Source: Octopus sinensis (lineage: Eukaryota). From it: 64,000 nt of DNA. The notes under the pieces were generated by a model. The model was given only the letters and a program-made list of their open reading frames with translations. It searched no databases and was not told the DNA's origin. Shown here piece by piece: positions 1-14,648 of the stretch. A program made the translations under genes and the position numbers. The number at the start of each line of letters is the position of its first letter. Within the stretch, counting starts at the first letter, position 1. The stretch spans positions 61,194,001 to 61,258,000 of the forward strand of contig NC_043001.1 in the NCBI RefSeq assembly GCF_006345805.1, read 5' to 3'.

Positions 1-690
1 GTAATGAAAAGAAATATAACAAGTAACTGAAGAATATGTGGAGATGGACAAGAAACAATAAATCATATTATCTCTGGCTGCCCAGTCCTGGCTAAGAAGG
101 AATATATTCACATACATGACAGAGTTGGAACCTACATACACTGCAAGCTATGCCAACATTATGTAATAACAACAGAAAAAAAAGGTATAGGCACACACCA
201 GAAAAGGTCACAGAAAACGAGAAAGCAACCATACTCTGGGATATGCCGATACACACAGATAGAGAAATTAAGGCCAACAGACCAGATATAGTTGTCAGAG
301 ATCATGAAGGAAAAAAATGCTTCCTAACTGATGTATCAATACCAGCGGATGACAACGTGTCTCTAAAAGAAATGGAGAAACTTTCAAAATACAAAGACCT
401 GGAAATAGAGGTAACCAGAATGTGGAATCTAAAAACAGAAACAATTCCTATCTTAGTAGGTGCATTAGGCATGATAAAAAAATATTCAGACAAATACATA
501 ACAAAAACACCCGGACTTACAAACACATATAACATACAGAAAATTGCACTACTAGGCACCTCACACATCCTACTCAGAACACTTTCCATACAATAACCAT
601 CAGAGCATCACAACAAATCACAGCACATACCCAAGGCACACAGAGCTGCGCTCGGTAGTGAAGTGAAAGCACGCTATAAAAATAAAACTA

Positions 691-725
<35 letters not shown>
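1..725 (+). mobile_element. R4/Dong-clade non-LTR retrotransposon, 3' end (CCHC knuckle + restriction-like endonuclease, 3' UTR, (AAT)n tail); disrupted
   Basis: Frame from base 1 reads *RICGDGQETINHIISGCPVLAKKEYIHIHDRVGTYIH (knuckle, first Cys mutated to TGA). ORF 150-596 has ILWDMPIHTDREIKANRPDIVV...TDVSIP...EKLSKYKDL (PD..D-type RLE). (AAT)n follows at ~695-725. Confidence 0.85.
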
Positions 726-727
<2 letters not shown>

Positions 728-792
728 GGCATACTGGGCTTCGTATATTTTACCCCAGTGTCACTTTGATGGCATGCACTGTTCATTCATTC

Positions 793-964
<172 letters not shown>

Positions 965-1015
965 GCAAAGTAGCTACTTCGAAAATTTCTATAAGAGATG
1001 AAAGTAGTAACTATA

Positions 1016-1275
1016 ACTGAGAAGTAATGTTTATCACCACTACAACATGGCTGTTCCTTAGGAACCCAATATATATTGCAAGGGAGCAAACACCTACCAT
1101 CTTCTAGTGACGACGACGTGACCACCAGTCTGCCAGGTTTCGAGCTATTTGTTCTCATCGTCAGTGGTGGCAGCCGTCCGGTAGAGATATCAGTAGTTCG
1201 CTCTCCTGGGGTTAAGAACTGTAAAATGTCGGTTTCTACGGAACGGCCATTTGGCGATAAATATTACTTCTCAGT
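1016..1275. mobile_element. Short element with 24-bp terminal inverted repeats (MITE-like)
   Basis: ACTGAGAAGTAATGTTTATCACCA (1016-1039) is the reverse complement of TGGCGATAAATATTACTTCTCAGT (1252-1275) with 2 mismatches. Confidence 0.75.
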
Positions 1276-2149
1276 ATAGCTATGAATTTCATCTCTTATA
1301 GATATGTCCTTAGCTGGCTATTTTGCTTGCTGGAATATCAGTGACGAGTTGTCACATATTTTTCAATATATTGCGAGCTGAAGCGAACTTATATCTGCTC
1401 TTGCTTCTGATATCTACCCTTGCTTTTTATATTAGCTTTAATTGATATGTAGATTACATATCGACAGGCGAGGAAATAAGTGAATCCTGGCAAATTTATT
1501 GACAAACAATGCAATAATAATTCCGCATGTATTACAAACAATATAACTAAGTAATTAGGAACTCTGTATATTGAAGTTAAATTGAATTTTATATCAAATT
1601 ATACTTGTTCACCTCACCATTCTATAGATTACGAGATTAACAATAATGTTAATTTTGCAGTTTCGTACTTAGATAAAAAATCAATGAAGTTTCCCAACTC
1701 TTGAAGTACCTATGCAAATCTAACCAAGTGGAAACGTTAGATTTGCTAAATTCGTTTTAAGTTTGATATTAACGAATGGTTATAGTAAACTTTTGTTAAA
1801 GAAAGGTTGGAAATATTTGAAAGTAGAATCGCAAACTAGTTGATTTCAGTAGTATTCTGGTAATGACGTAACTGCCATATAAAAATTTTCCAGACACTAT
1901 TGTTACTTCAAGGGAATACAGTCAATTATATTTTATAGCCAATCTTGTGACATTGCAAACATTTAGAGAATCTCGATTACAATGTAACGTAACTCATGCT
2001 TTAAACTCCGGCAACAGAATGTTGTAAGAGATTCTTATTGGGCCAAAGCTGTTCTGAAAGTTGGTTAGATCATTTACAATTTGATTCTTAGTGACACTTT
2101 CTATTGAATTTTTTACAGGTGTCAAATCCATTAGATTTCTGCTGTTTTC

Positions 2150-3100
2150 GTCTTCACAGATCTGTTTCGGACGATATCTGTAGGGAATATTAGAAGTGAT
2201 ATGATAATTTGTTCCCTGCTGTGCTTCACTGATGTACTGGACAACTGAATTTAGTCGTTTTCCACTGTGAGAAGGCGATACACGGAGTCACAATAGATTT
2301 GATTTTCTTGCAGGTAGAGATCATGCCAAATGATGAGCTTTAATTTGTTTGCCCATTCCCCGGATACAGAACCATACCAACCACTATTGTGTAGCATTGG
2401 TGGATATCACATCCAAAGATTCTGTCTAAACTCTTTCATTGCTGAAAGTGTATCAATTTCATATCATTTGACTTTATCCAACCCACTATCATTGGGACCG
2501 TTTACAAGAACAATGGCAACTATGTTACTGACATTATTGCTGTAATTTACATAACTTATTTTCAGAGCTACCGTAACGATCGTTTGTTGTCTATTTCGAG
2601 AGCTTGCATAAAGACTTACTCGCAGATTGTCTAAAGTCACCTCATGTCATCAACGTTAACTGCTGGTATCTTGCCGCCGTTTTCAGGCGTACATCGGTGG
2701 TACAGCTGTATGCTGATCACCATTGTCGATCTACGTTTCTTAAAGAATGTATCTAGTATATCTTTTGGTACATTTATTATCTTGTATGCAGGGTGAAGCT
2801 GGTTTGGTGACTCCACATGAAATATAAGTTAAATGCTCATCGTTTCAGACAGCTTTGAATCCTCATTCTTATCTGGCAGCCAAAGTAATATGATTTTATC
2901 TATATGATCCGGTATTACCACGTCATTACATCATCACCTAGCCTTTTTACCACCTTTGCATTGTTCTGAAACGTTAAATGAAATCAGCAAATATCTCATA
3001 TACGCACAGACTTTCTACGTGACCATTAGCGGTATGATGATTTAACAAAGTTTGCCGATTTGAGCGATGCTTTGTAAATGACGATGCAGAAGGTGCCGAG
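2150..3100 (-). pseudogene. Decayed Helitron Rep (RepHel) fragment
   Basis: Minus-strand pieces PDHIDKII..LPDKNED, ISCGVTKPASPCIQDNKCTKRY (2758-2823) and RCTPENGG resemble the Helitron Rep pattern IHGPCG...SPCM..KC.K.YP...RR.P..GG; many stops and frameshifts. Confidence 0.6.
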
Positions 3101-3778
3101 GAAGAAGAGCAACTACATTTAAAGGAACACTGCAATATGTTTTTAGTAATGCGAACTTGCAATGGAAATGCATAACACAACATACCTGTTTATCAGAAAG
3201 CAAAGCCCTCTTGAATTTTCAACGGATAAGAAACTAGTTAAAACGGGAACGTCTTTGGAACAAATTTGAATTAGGGTTCACTTCCGGATCAAAAGTAAAT
3301 CAACCAAAATGAAAATATATATATTTGTGTATTTTGAAACATGGATTTGCAAAGAGTCTTTACATGTTAAAGTGCATATTTATGAATGTTATATGTTACT
3401 TCAGAAATATATGCTAGAATTTCCTGATTTCAAAATGACGCCTGTTATTGAAAATATTTAAGTCGGTTCGTCTAGATATAAATCATGATTGCAGAATATA
3501 TCAGACACAAGTGCCGTAGTATACATTTGGCATTCGTTCAATCCTATAGTTAGGTGAATATCGGTCAATTTGCTTGTCCTGAAGTTCAATAAATCATGCC
3601 ATTAACTGCTATGTGTGAAATTATTAATAACACCATCATGATAATCCAGAGTACGGCATTATGTATGCCACCTTGTTAATATGTATTATCATTTTTATAT
3701 CGTATGTATGATCCCTAATCAAATATTCCATTATCTCTTGTTCCGCGTTATTTCTGTATCATATTTATTACACTTTAG

Positions 3779-3891
3779 TAGTGTGTGTGTGTGTGTGTGT
3801 ATGTGTGCGTGTGTGTGTGTGTGTGTGTATGTGTGTGTGTGTGTGTGCGTGTTTGTGTGTGCGTGCGTGTGTGTGTGTGTGCGTGTGTGTG
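3779..3891. repeat. (TG)n microsatellite
   Basis: Direct sequence. Confidence 0.97.
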
Positions 3892-4724
3892 TAGTGTCTA
3901 CTAGCTGCGGGAAATATTTACCAGCTGAAACTGAAACTCTGAAATCAATATAAAATAAACGACATCTGAATACAAGTGGTTTCTTTTTCTTTTTCTTTTA
4001 TTTTGTGTTATAGCGCTCTGTGTCAATAATAGTCAACCTGCTTCAACTTCAAAAATTCCCTGAAGGTAGATTAGCTGGCTATCTCAGTTTTCAAACCCTG
4101 AAGCAAAATGATAATATCATTAAGGTTTTCTTTTCGACAGTGACACGAGCATGGTATTAGAAATAAGGAACACCGTGAATATTGCGTAAAAGAAAAAAAT
4201 AGTAAGATAATAAGCCCCAATGCTATAGAGAAATGTAACTTCAGGCTATAGTTTATTTCTGTATTCTCTTTTCCTATTCAACTTCAAATTATTTAGATAC
4301 TGATGATTGTATTATGAAAAAATTGGAAGGAATCTTTCTTGGCAAGGAGAAAGCGTAATTATTCGAAAATAAATGCCTTCAAAAGAATGAATTGCGAATA
4401 AAAATGGAAAGAAAATTATTTGTAAAAAATCCAAACATACATTTATGTGTCAGTAAGCTGAATAATGTTTTATATTAGAATTTAATTTGCGATTTCTTCA
4501 AATTTTGGAAAGTCTCACTACGTCAGATGGAACAAGAATACAGTATACAAAATATGGGACGATATTTTCCAGACGCATTGCTAAGCATTTCAAATGGCAC
4601 GCAATGGAATAATAGAAATATATTGCAATAGCTCTAGCAGAGAAAAATGTGAAAGAAAATACAAGCGCATAAATATATGAACGAATCACGTTATATGTAT
4701 GTGAATGGTTTTGTAATACGTCGC

Positions 4725-5579
4725 CCTGTTTTACAATCCTGTAAATAATAAAAATGTCATTAATATACGCTTAAATTATCACGGTGTAATGACTAAGGAA
4801 AGTAGTCTAATAAAGAGGTATATAAGCCCTCGACAGAGACGAAGGCTTTTCTATCCACGAGGGACTCGAACCCACTTCTCTTTGTTAACGTAACTATGTG
4901 TGTTACAGTCACACCAGCGAATTAGCTTGCTTCTTTCGTTCAAATTTAAGAAATATATTAGTTCGTATTTGCTTTATGTAAACAAACTTTGTATGTGCTT
5001 TCGCTACGAATGGTTTTGTTATAAGGTGCCGTGATTTACAATCCTGTAAATAATAATAATGGTATTTATATATTAGACAAATTCCCTCAGTCATTGCACG
5101 GTGATTGCCAGGCTTATATAAATAATCATTATTATTATTTACAGTATTGTAAAACACGACACCGTATAACAAAGCCATTCGCACCGACAGCACATAGAAT
5201 GTTTGTTTACATAAACAAATACGAACTACAGTTCTATATTTAAGAGATGAAGAATTATGTAAATTATTTACATTATTTACATTCGACGGATATTTGTTCT
5301 CATCTTGTTTATTGTTAACACAACGTTTCGGTTGATATACCCTTCAGTCTTCTTCAGGTGACTTGGGAAAATTTCGAACCTGGGTTATCATTCCTAATGT
5401 AGTTTTTGATGTTATTATTATTATCGTTGTTGTTGTTGTTGTTATTGTTCAGTTAACTACTTGGAATCGAACTCGGAATCTCGCCATATGCCCACGGACA
5501 TATGGCGTAGTGATTAAGAGCACAGGCTACTAACTCCAAGATTCCGAGTTCGATTCCAAGCAGTGACCTGAACAATAAC

Positions 5580-5637
<58 letters not shown>

Positions 5638-5965
5638 TCGAAAAATACCTTAGGAATGGGTTTTGAAATATCCCCAAGACACCCGAAGAAGGCTGGAGGA
5701 TATATCAGCCGAAACATTGTGTTAAAAACAAACAAGATGAGGACAAATATCCGTCGAATTTAAATCATGTAAATAATGTAAATAAAATACGAACTAATAT
5801 AGTTCGCAGGTGTAAAGGTAACACACTTAGCCGCGTTAACAAAGGGATGTGTGTTTGAGCCCCACGCGGATAGAAAAGCCTTTTTTTTCTGTCGAGGGCT
5901 TATATGCCTCTTTATTAGACTATTTTCCTTGGTCATTGTACGGTGATCGCCGTAAGCTTTAAGAT
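4725..5965. repeat. Nested fold-back: outer inverted-repeat family with a tRNA-like T-arm, enclosing an inner palindromic element
   Basis: 4780-4925 is the diverged reverse complement of ~5795-5950; ~4945-5075 is the reverse complement of ~5110-5240. Confidence 0.8.
5264..5785. mobile_element. Palindromic element: central tRNA-like head, (AAT)n tracts and an HHR-like motif in each arm
   Basis: Arms ~5264-5490 and ~5499-5785 are inverted copies. The right arm has an A box TGGCGTAGTGATT and a B box GAGTTCGATTCC (5503-5570). HHR-like motifs lie at 5317-5362 (-) and 5678-5723 (+). Confidence 0.8.
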
Positions 5966-5998
5966 TATATAAATACCATACATACATATGTATATATA

Positions 5999-6079
<81 letters not shown>

Positions 6080-6760
6080 ATATAAGTTATCAAAACGACA
6101 AAAATATAAGAAATTATGTGATAGTCTTCAATACCTTACAACTGTTTCTGCTTTAAGATGCAATGCACTCATGGTTAAGAGCTTGTGTATCATCCTATAG
6201 CTTGATCGGAGCTTCAAAAGTGATGTGCAGTTTTATTTGTGAAAACATTTACATTTATATATGAAATGCATTTCCATCGGAAAAACATAAACATATGTAG
6301 GACATTAGGCAAGAAATTTGAGGAGCAGAAACCCCTCCCAGAAAATGTAGATTAAGATAAATGTATGTATATTTGTATATGTATAAAGATCGGTATATGA
6401 AGAACAACTATATAAGGAAGTAAAAAATAAAACGTAAAAATACTTCTGGGAATGGAGATAAATAGAAAGTGACAGAAACCAAGGCAATGAGAGAATGGGA
6501 AACAGGATAAGTTTCTGGCGGTCTTACTTATGACACCAAGCCAGATTGACAATTAACATTCCATTTCTCATTGAAATTGATTCAGTTTTAAAAAAATGAA
6601 TAGTGTATAAGGATACTTCTTTTGGAAAACATCCTTATCAGAAAGCAAAATAGACATGCATCTGTTACTGTTGCATGCGAAATGCTTAGTAATCTTTGGT
6701 TAGGTGTGACATTGTCTATTGATTCGGTGTATGGAATTGGCTGCGTATGTCATTCTGTAG

Positions 6761-6792
6761 ATTGATTCTGATAATACGTTAGCTATTTTCAG
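6761..6792 (+). other. Candidate 32-bp micro-exon (IDSDNTLAIF...)
   Basis: TTCTGTAG| acceptor and CAG|GTGAGT donor; no homology support. Confidence 0.2.
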
Positions 6793-9206
6793 GTGAGTAT
6801 TTGTTGTTGTATTAATATCCAATTGGATATGTACTATAAAAGACAACTTTTTTGAAATCTAATGGTAACATTTCCTATTATATAACTTCAATTTTACTCT
6901 CCCTAAGAAACATCATGATCACTTTTCAGTTTCTGAGAATTTCTAAAATATAAGAGGTGGATTTTTACTATTTTTGCCACACGAAATTTTAGAGATAGCC
7001 CAAAATAAGTTATTTTACATTACGGAAATTTTGTAGTTGTAATTTGTATGCCTGTTTCTGCAGTTTGACGAGCAATTTCATATCAATCTATCGATGAAAG
7101 TTCACTCTGTTAAACCCTAGAAAATATCAATTAGTTTTGTTGCGAAAAATTAAAGCAAATAATCGTAATACTTTTGTTGCATGCATAGATTTGAAGTCTT
7201 TTTCTGTTACATTCTTACTTCGTTTCCCTTAGAAATTATTAGTCGATTCTTCGTGTTTTGGATAAAGATTTCCTTGCGTTTCTACAATGGTATATGTGAT
7301 TTGCTTTGACGTGTTGTATACGATCTCCAAATTTTAATTGCTTAGCCAGATAATTTGCCTACTTGTTAACTATATAACTCGTGTTCTAGGGTTTTTCTAT
7401 AAGAGTTTCAGTTAGGGTGCCTAAACTTCAACCAGAGTATGTGTATTTGCCATTCTCTGAGGCGTTTACCTTCTGCATGCACGCGCAAAATGTTATTGGC
7501 CACTTGAAAGGGATTCTTTCAAAGATCTACTGGATCCCTTACTAACTTTTCTGTTTGCTGTAAAACTAATTAGGACCACCTCCAATATTTCCTTTAACAC
7601 TCGCAACTTATATCTTCGGGACACTACTAAGAGTACTTGAACATATAAGTGCTTGTAGTAATTCCAATAATTCAAATTTACACTCTACAAGCAACTCTAT
7701 AAAGAATGATTATATTTTCTAATTTAGTGAAATTAACGAGATGGCGTTGGCGTTGTCTACGTAAAACTTCTGCCTCGTTATATTCTGTGTTTCAAATCTG
7801 CTTAATCAAATGTGCTTTCATTCCTTCTGGGCTCGATAAAATAAGAAACACATATTTCACCGAATTCCAGTCCTTGTGCCTGTGAAAGACACCAATATTA
7901 TAAGCAACCTTATAACCTTTTGTCTAACTTATAAATAACGTGTCATGGTTGTCAGCATTACTATATGTACTACACACGTAGATACAATACTTGTGTGTAA
8001 AATGGGTTATAATTGGTACATATTATAGTATTAAATATGATGATGATATTGCTGTTATTAATATATTTGTTACAATTAATGTGGATTGTAATTACTTTAG
8101 CAGTCATTATCATAAAAACACTACTTAAATGTATGCGATAAAGAAATTCTGAAGTGGCAACTAAGTTCCCTCTCATCATCCAAATATCAAGAACTAAAAC
8201 TTATACTACTCCAGTTTATTCTGTATACAAAAGCATCTACGTGAAAATATTAATTAGATATCAATTCAATCATGCCGGTGTGGCTTATATCATAGAATAA
8301 AATTCAGCTTCACCACAGTTATTTTATGAGATTTGTTTGTATCTTAGCAATTGTTTACATAGTTATCCTTGGATGTTGCTTTTTGAATTCCGGATCACAA
8401 CGACTACGTTGTTTCGTCTACGTTTGCTACTAATTAAATATGATTTTCTCCTATTTTCTGATTTATCTACTTGTGTATATTATATTTGAGTATATACGGA
8501 AAACGTAGTGAGCCCATGATCCCAGCATTTTTATTTAAAGTTGCCTTGGTTGCTCCTTTTTTCTACAGGGTTTTTGCGCATATATCCTGTGAGAAAGTAT
8601 TGTAGATTTATAATGTAATATTTCATAAGTTATTCCTTGATGTGGGGCATTATTTTATATTCAGCAAATATATAATACAAAATATATTAAAAACAATATC
8701 AATCAGAACTTAGAGTTACTAAAAGTTTTGAACATTAAATATATTGTAATATTAATGATACGCAGTAATTTTCATATAAGAAACGTATAACTTAAGAATT
8801 AACAAAGCAATCAGATCCAAAACATTTAGTGTTAACTTTGGATATATTATATAAGAAACAAAATGTTTTATGTAAAACATTCTTTACTATCTTTAATTTA
8901 ATACTGGCAGTTTTTTCTGTTCATGTATAATAGATATTTCAAAGGTCATTTCATATGACTCGACTTTCATATATTCTTAACATTACTTTCTTGATTTCAT
9001 ATTGTGTCAATTTGATAACTATACAGTCAGTAAGAAGAAAATAATACCAGAACCCTCATGTTTATTCAATGTGGAAATAATACAGACATTGATTTATATT
9101 CCAAGTGCATTACTTCTTTATTCTTTGTATACTAAATATGTAGTTTATGTCCTTTTGCAAAATGATGAATTTGATAGTTCATGTATGTACGGTATGTGTG
9201 TGTGTA

Positions 9207-9314
<108 letters not shown>

Positions 9315-12300
9315 CTTAGCATGCAGCCAAGTTTTTTGTTGGAATTTCTTTAATATATTTCTTTGAAAGAACATAACGACGAATATATCAATATTTATCA
9401 CATTCTTTTGATGAAAATATTAGTTTTTTTCCAATAATTTGTATATATGAGCTAATTATAGATATTATCATCGTCATAAAGGGTTCATATAAGTCATTTG
9501 CTCTTACACATTAGTAATACATGAAGTGGAATCAATGAGACCATGAATCAATTAAAAAAACCTCGCCACCAGCGTGACTGAACGTATGATGTGTTTGTTT
9601 ACGGTCTAATAATAAATTTGGAAATTGAAACTCGATAAAAATTGCTTTCGAATTTATTCTTTCGTGTATTATAAAATACATAATGGCTGTATAACGTATC
9701 ACTTAATCCAAATATATAGAATATTTTAGAGAGATTCAACGAATTATCGAATTTTACTCACGAAAATCTCAAAAACTAACACATCCTGTCAGACGATTCC
9801 GTTAAAATGAACGTTAATTAATTATTGCTTTAACTATCATCAAGTCATATATTTAGCAAGAATGTTGTATTTCAACTTTTTCTTAAAGAAGCACGATAAT
9901 ATACATGTAGTTATATGACTGGAAACCGCTACTGCTTATGAAGTAAGAGGTGAGAACCGCTTCAGTGCTTATATTTTTTCCAATGTTGAAAGGTATTTTT
10001 TGTTAGTGAAAAGAGGGAAAAAGTATATAACATTTCCTTATTTCTCTATAAATTCATTTATTAGATATTCCAGTTGTTGTGGTTAGCAACATTTCTCCCT
10101 TGTTCTAGGTTCTTCAGCACAACTTAACTGGAGATCTTGAAATTAGTCTGTAGTTGTTTAAAAATTAAAGACAATCAACTTTTCTTTTCCTGTTTTTCTC
10201 GTATTACGTTGGAGAAAATGAGGGAAGAAAGACTACTTGAGTGATTACTATAAAGTCGTATAAAAAGCATGCCGACATCCACTGCACAGCACAACTATCT
10301 TTTTTCCATTCTTTTTCTAGTGACAATATATCTTAGGTTGTTTTGTGTCATCTCCATCAGACACGGCTCACTCACTCTCACTTCACTTCACCGTACTATG
10401 GTTTCTCAATCCCAGAAGGATGATGACACTCAGTTATTTCTCTCCATGAACACGGTTTGCATATTTTTAATTTCTTCACTTTCATTTGTATTTAGAGCTT
10501 TGAACATACAACAGTTTAAGTGGAAAGCTGCAATTTCACCAGAATGTGATCTCTCCTAACTCTATATATTCATATTCCAGAGCTAATCAATAAACAATAT
10601 ATAAAAGGTTATTAATTTGTTAATGAGAATTATTTGACAAGTTTTCCTTTTATTCTGATATCTAATACAATGCTAGATACAAAAGCAATAATAGAAAGGA
10701 ATAAAGCTCTATTTCTGTCTCAAAATCATGAATATGTTTAACAATAAGCAACCCAGGCATGCACTGTAGAACAGATAAAGAATAAGAGAAACTAAAAGAT
10801 ATAAGAAAACGAAAAATAAATGAAGCAAAAAGATGTTACCATTGTATATTGTTATTGATTTTTGGACGTAAGATCCTTTTAGACATGGTTTCATAAGGTA
10901 GCCACATGGCATTTATCTTGTTAATCATTGACAGCATTTTTGTCTTATATAGATATTTAATTAAGCTTTACCAAAATTAGACAACTTTAAGAATGAAACA
11001 AAAGCTGAAATATATTAGTACGTCGACCAATCCTGCAGTGTATTATAAATATATGTACACAGGAAAAATAACCTCGATAACATCAATTTGCTAAATTTAT
11101 AGTCAACTTTTTTCATAGCTTACAAGCGTGCATCCTTAGTAGTAAATGTCGAGTGATGTTTAGTATCTCACTGACATTTGATAAATTCCAAAAATAAAAC
11201 ACATATAATGCAAATTATTTCTAACAAGAAGGCTTATTATTTTATTACCGACATTTTCATTTACCCTATTCTTATATGATTGTCGGCATTATGTTTTTTT
11301 TTCTCAAAATTATATTTTCTCTAAAATTATATTTGGATCATATTTTGTTTGTAGTGTAGCAATCTCTCGAGAGTGTAATGCCTGAGTATTTTGTTCAGCT
11401 TCAAAGTGAACTGATCATCTACAGAATACGAATAATGTCTTTTAATTACCTGTTCGTACTTTTCATAATTTAGGAGTAAGCGTAAATGAACCATTTACTT
11501 GATTTGAGCAAAAATGCATGACTAACTTGCAATTAACTTCAGCTTAAGCATGGTCTAGGTAGCGACAGTATGTCATTGTAACATTATTTAATAGACTTTT
11601 ATTCATGCTTATACATTTCTGTTCCTAGAAGAAATATAAATTTATTGATTTATTTATAAAGAGTTGCAGAGAAATGATTTATGCGTTGCAGTAATACAGG
11701 ACTCTTTCAAAACTTATTATAGATTAGTAATACAGATAATGATGAGATAATAAGCACGAATGATAATGTTTTTTTAATTCTATGTTGAAATTAGAAATAT
11801 TCTGTATATTAATTCACTGCAATGCTGTTCGACAACAGAAAACTTCTACTTGTTAACTATATTCGTTTCTTACATTCTACACCCAGACCAGACCATTATC
11901 TAATGAGAATTAGCACGAAGTTACATACCAGCCATACGAGAAATGTACATATAAACTACAACCCGGTTAGCTCTTTCGTTCTTCATTAATACAAGTGTTC
12001 AATTAATTGAATAGATAATGAAAGGAATAAAAGCACATTTTACAATCTAAAGTGGACATTATTTGAATTTGGTTGCACAGAAGAGAAATAGAACTGTGAA
12101 ACAGCAACAATAAGTTAAATTACAAAGAACTGCATGATTAAAAACACTGTTATGCAAAGATCGAAGATGTGATTAAAACCTATTTTCTTCAAGAAACTTC
12201 TTTTCAGACAGAATAGTTGTGAAATCTCTAGCGTGACTTCCCAGCGACGGGAAATATCTTTCCGAAGCATGACATGAATGTTCCAGCTATGCCTGACGGA

Positions 12301-13379
12301 AACATGAGTTAAATTGTAATATCCTTACATGCCTACTGCACCTGAAATATGTGGTGTCAATTGGTAGCGCTCAGTGATGAAGCACTCACATTTGGTGTTT
12401 TTTGCTTGAACAAAAACAAACATCATTTTATTAAATCTACTTCTCAGAGATTAAATTTTCAGTACCCTGTGTACAAAACCAGAATACCCAAATTCACCTT
12501 TCACTATAGGCCAACAAAGCAATACCTGTACGACTAACTCATGCAATTCGGAACAATACTTATACTTGCCAAACACATCCCTCTACATTTCTATCTCTCT
12601 CCACTCTCTCTCTCTCTCTCCTCCTCCTCCTCCTCCTCCTCATAATTATATTAAAAGTATACGACTACACCTAATAATCACGATTATAATGATTTCTAAT
12701 ATGACAAGAATTTTGAGTTGAAACTTGGCAGGATACAAAGAATTACGTTATTGATAACTAATGCATGACTCTCACAGTGATGACGCTTCATATTCACAGA
12801 GCCAAGTATGTTCTAAAGGTAGACACAAACTTTACGTTTGTGAATACTTGCTCAAATTTAATCCAATGTTGTAGTGTTCCTTGCGATTTGTTGAGCAATT
12901 TCCCATAGCATTAACTTTCATCGCTCTTTTCTGGATATTCATATACAATAAGATAGAGATACTTTAAATTATAGGATACTGCTGTCCTCGTTAAACCAAA
13001 TTATCATAGGTTCATTTCGACGAATAAAGCGAAATAAAATGTAGTATCACCATTTTATTACTTTTGTGTGGAAATTATAGGATTTTTCTCATTGTCTCTA
13101 AAATTTATAATATAGTCCTTTTACTTGAAGAAGGTGTACAGATTTTAATTATCGAGGTCAGGATAGCTAAAGAAATTTGAATTCTAGCCGATAAAAAAGG
13201 AATCCCTTTTAGTCATCACCCTAAAATGTTTAAAACAATTCCTCAAACACAAAATAGTTAGAGAATAGGCTGATTTTAAAGCGGACGTGGCACCAGAAAT
13301 CATCTGTACCGTTTAGATAAAAATAGTTTAGACAACCTTCCAAATTTCTTTTGCAGAATGGTCTTTGGCTGTGCAAACT

Positions 13380-14240
13380 ATGGCCACATGTGACGTATCA
13401 TCTCTAATCGCGGTATTCCGAAATACCTTATTAGGCTCATCAAGCAGCTTTACATTCAGCAACAGTCCTGCATTCGAGTAAATAATGAGAACGCTGAAAA
13501 GTTCAAAAATTAGAAAAGAAGTTTTCTTTCACATCTACATTGAGGGGATAATGCGAGAAGCAATACAGAAAAAATTTTGGCTTGAATATTTTTAATTGGA
13601 AGTATGCAAACGAAACTATCCTACTGGTCAAGATTGATGTCGGTCTATAAGAAATGGTAAATAGAGTCCAGAACCTATCAAATACACAGAAAACAAAACT
13701 TATTGTGTTTGAGGAATGGTTTTAAACATTAGCCTTTAGAAAACAAAACTTATAGTCGTAGGAAAAGAGGCTGTAAATGCTAACCTTAAATTAGGGAGTG
13801 AGAAGTTCGAGCAGGTCGAATTGTACATGCACTTTGAAGCCCAAATAACTCATGTAAGAAAGGATACGGCTAGGCATGGTAAGAACAACCATGGACAATA
13901 TAGATATCATCTGGAGTAGCAAAAGTGTCCCAAGTTAAAACAAGGCTAGTGCGAGACCATATTGGGCCAATAAGCGTAGGAAATAGCGAAACATGGACTC
14001 TGAGCAAATTTTAAGAGAACATAATCAATGCGTTTAAAGTGTGAGTGTAAAGTCTCTTACAAGGGCCATCGAACAAATGAATGGATTTTATAACAAGTAG
14101 GGGGAAGGTAATAACTTCTGAGCATGGTGGCAAAACAAAAGCTCACCTATTATGACTATATTCTAATACATAAGACGGACAATGTTTTATTGAACATATT
14201 TAACTCGAAATGATCCAAAGTAATTGAAGCTTTCCTATTT
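13380..14240 (+). pseudogene. Old RTE-clade LINE reverse-transcriptase relic
   Basis: NRGIPKYLIRLIKQLYIQQQSCIRVNNENAEKF, YIEGIMREA, EKFEQVE, KTRLVR, SETWTL and KQKLTYY match RTE RT/thumb in order; heavily mutated. Confidence 0.75.
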
Positions 14241-14458
14241 TTATTATAGCTCCTAGGGAAATGATCTGGAAAAACTTATTAATATTGAATATGTGTGTGC
14301 GAGAGAGAGAGAGAGAGAAGAGAGAGAGGGGGAGAGACATATGCAAATTTGCTTCAATAATCTCTATCAGCGGACCAATCTACTCAGACACAAACATACA
14401 CAGATATACACACACACACACATATACATCTCCTAGATTTACACCGTGCCTTTTCCTT

Positions 14459-14501
<43 letters not shown>

Positions 14502-14648
14502 TGATTACATATACATATGCATGTTACAGCTCATTAATATACATGTCATAGGCTGCTGACTTAGGATTTCATGTACAGATGACTGGTGTAGGCTATTGTT
14601 AAGTTGTAAAAAGCCAAAGTAGTACTGCTTGTCAGATGTTGTCTCAAG

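Noticed and set aside
28-30. TGA at a conserved Cys codon of the R4/Dong knuckle (possible selenocysteine)
   Set aside because: The element has other lesions and no SECIS was seen; simple decay is more likely. No in-frame UGA was seen in the open Naiad-type frame at 60659-62428 either.
5503-5570. tRNA gene
   Set aside because: A and B boxes are present but there is no paired acceptor stem; it is a SINE-like head within a palindromic repeat.
10709-10912. Hydrophobic 67-aa ORF resembling a membrane protein
   Set aside because: Hydrophobicity is expected from T-rich DNA; no recognisable motif or splice context.
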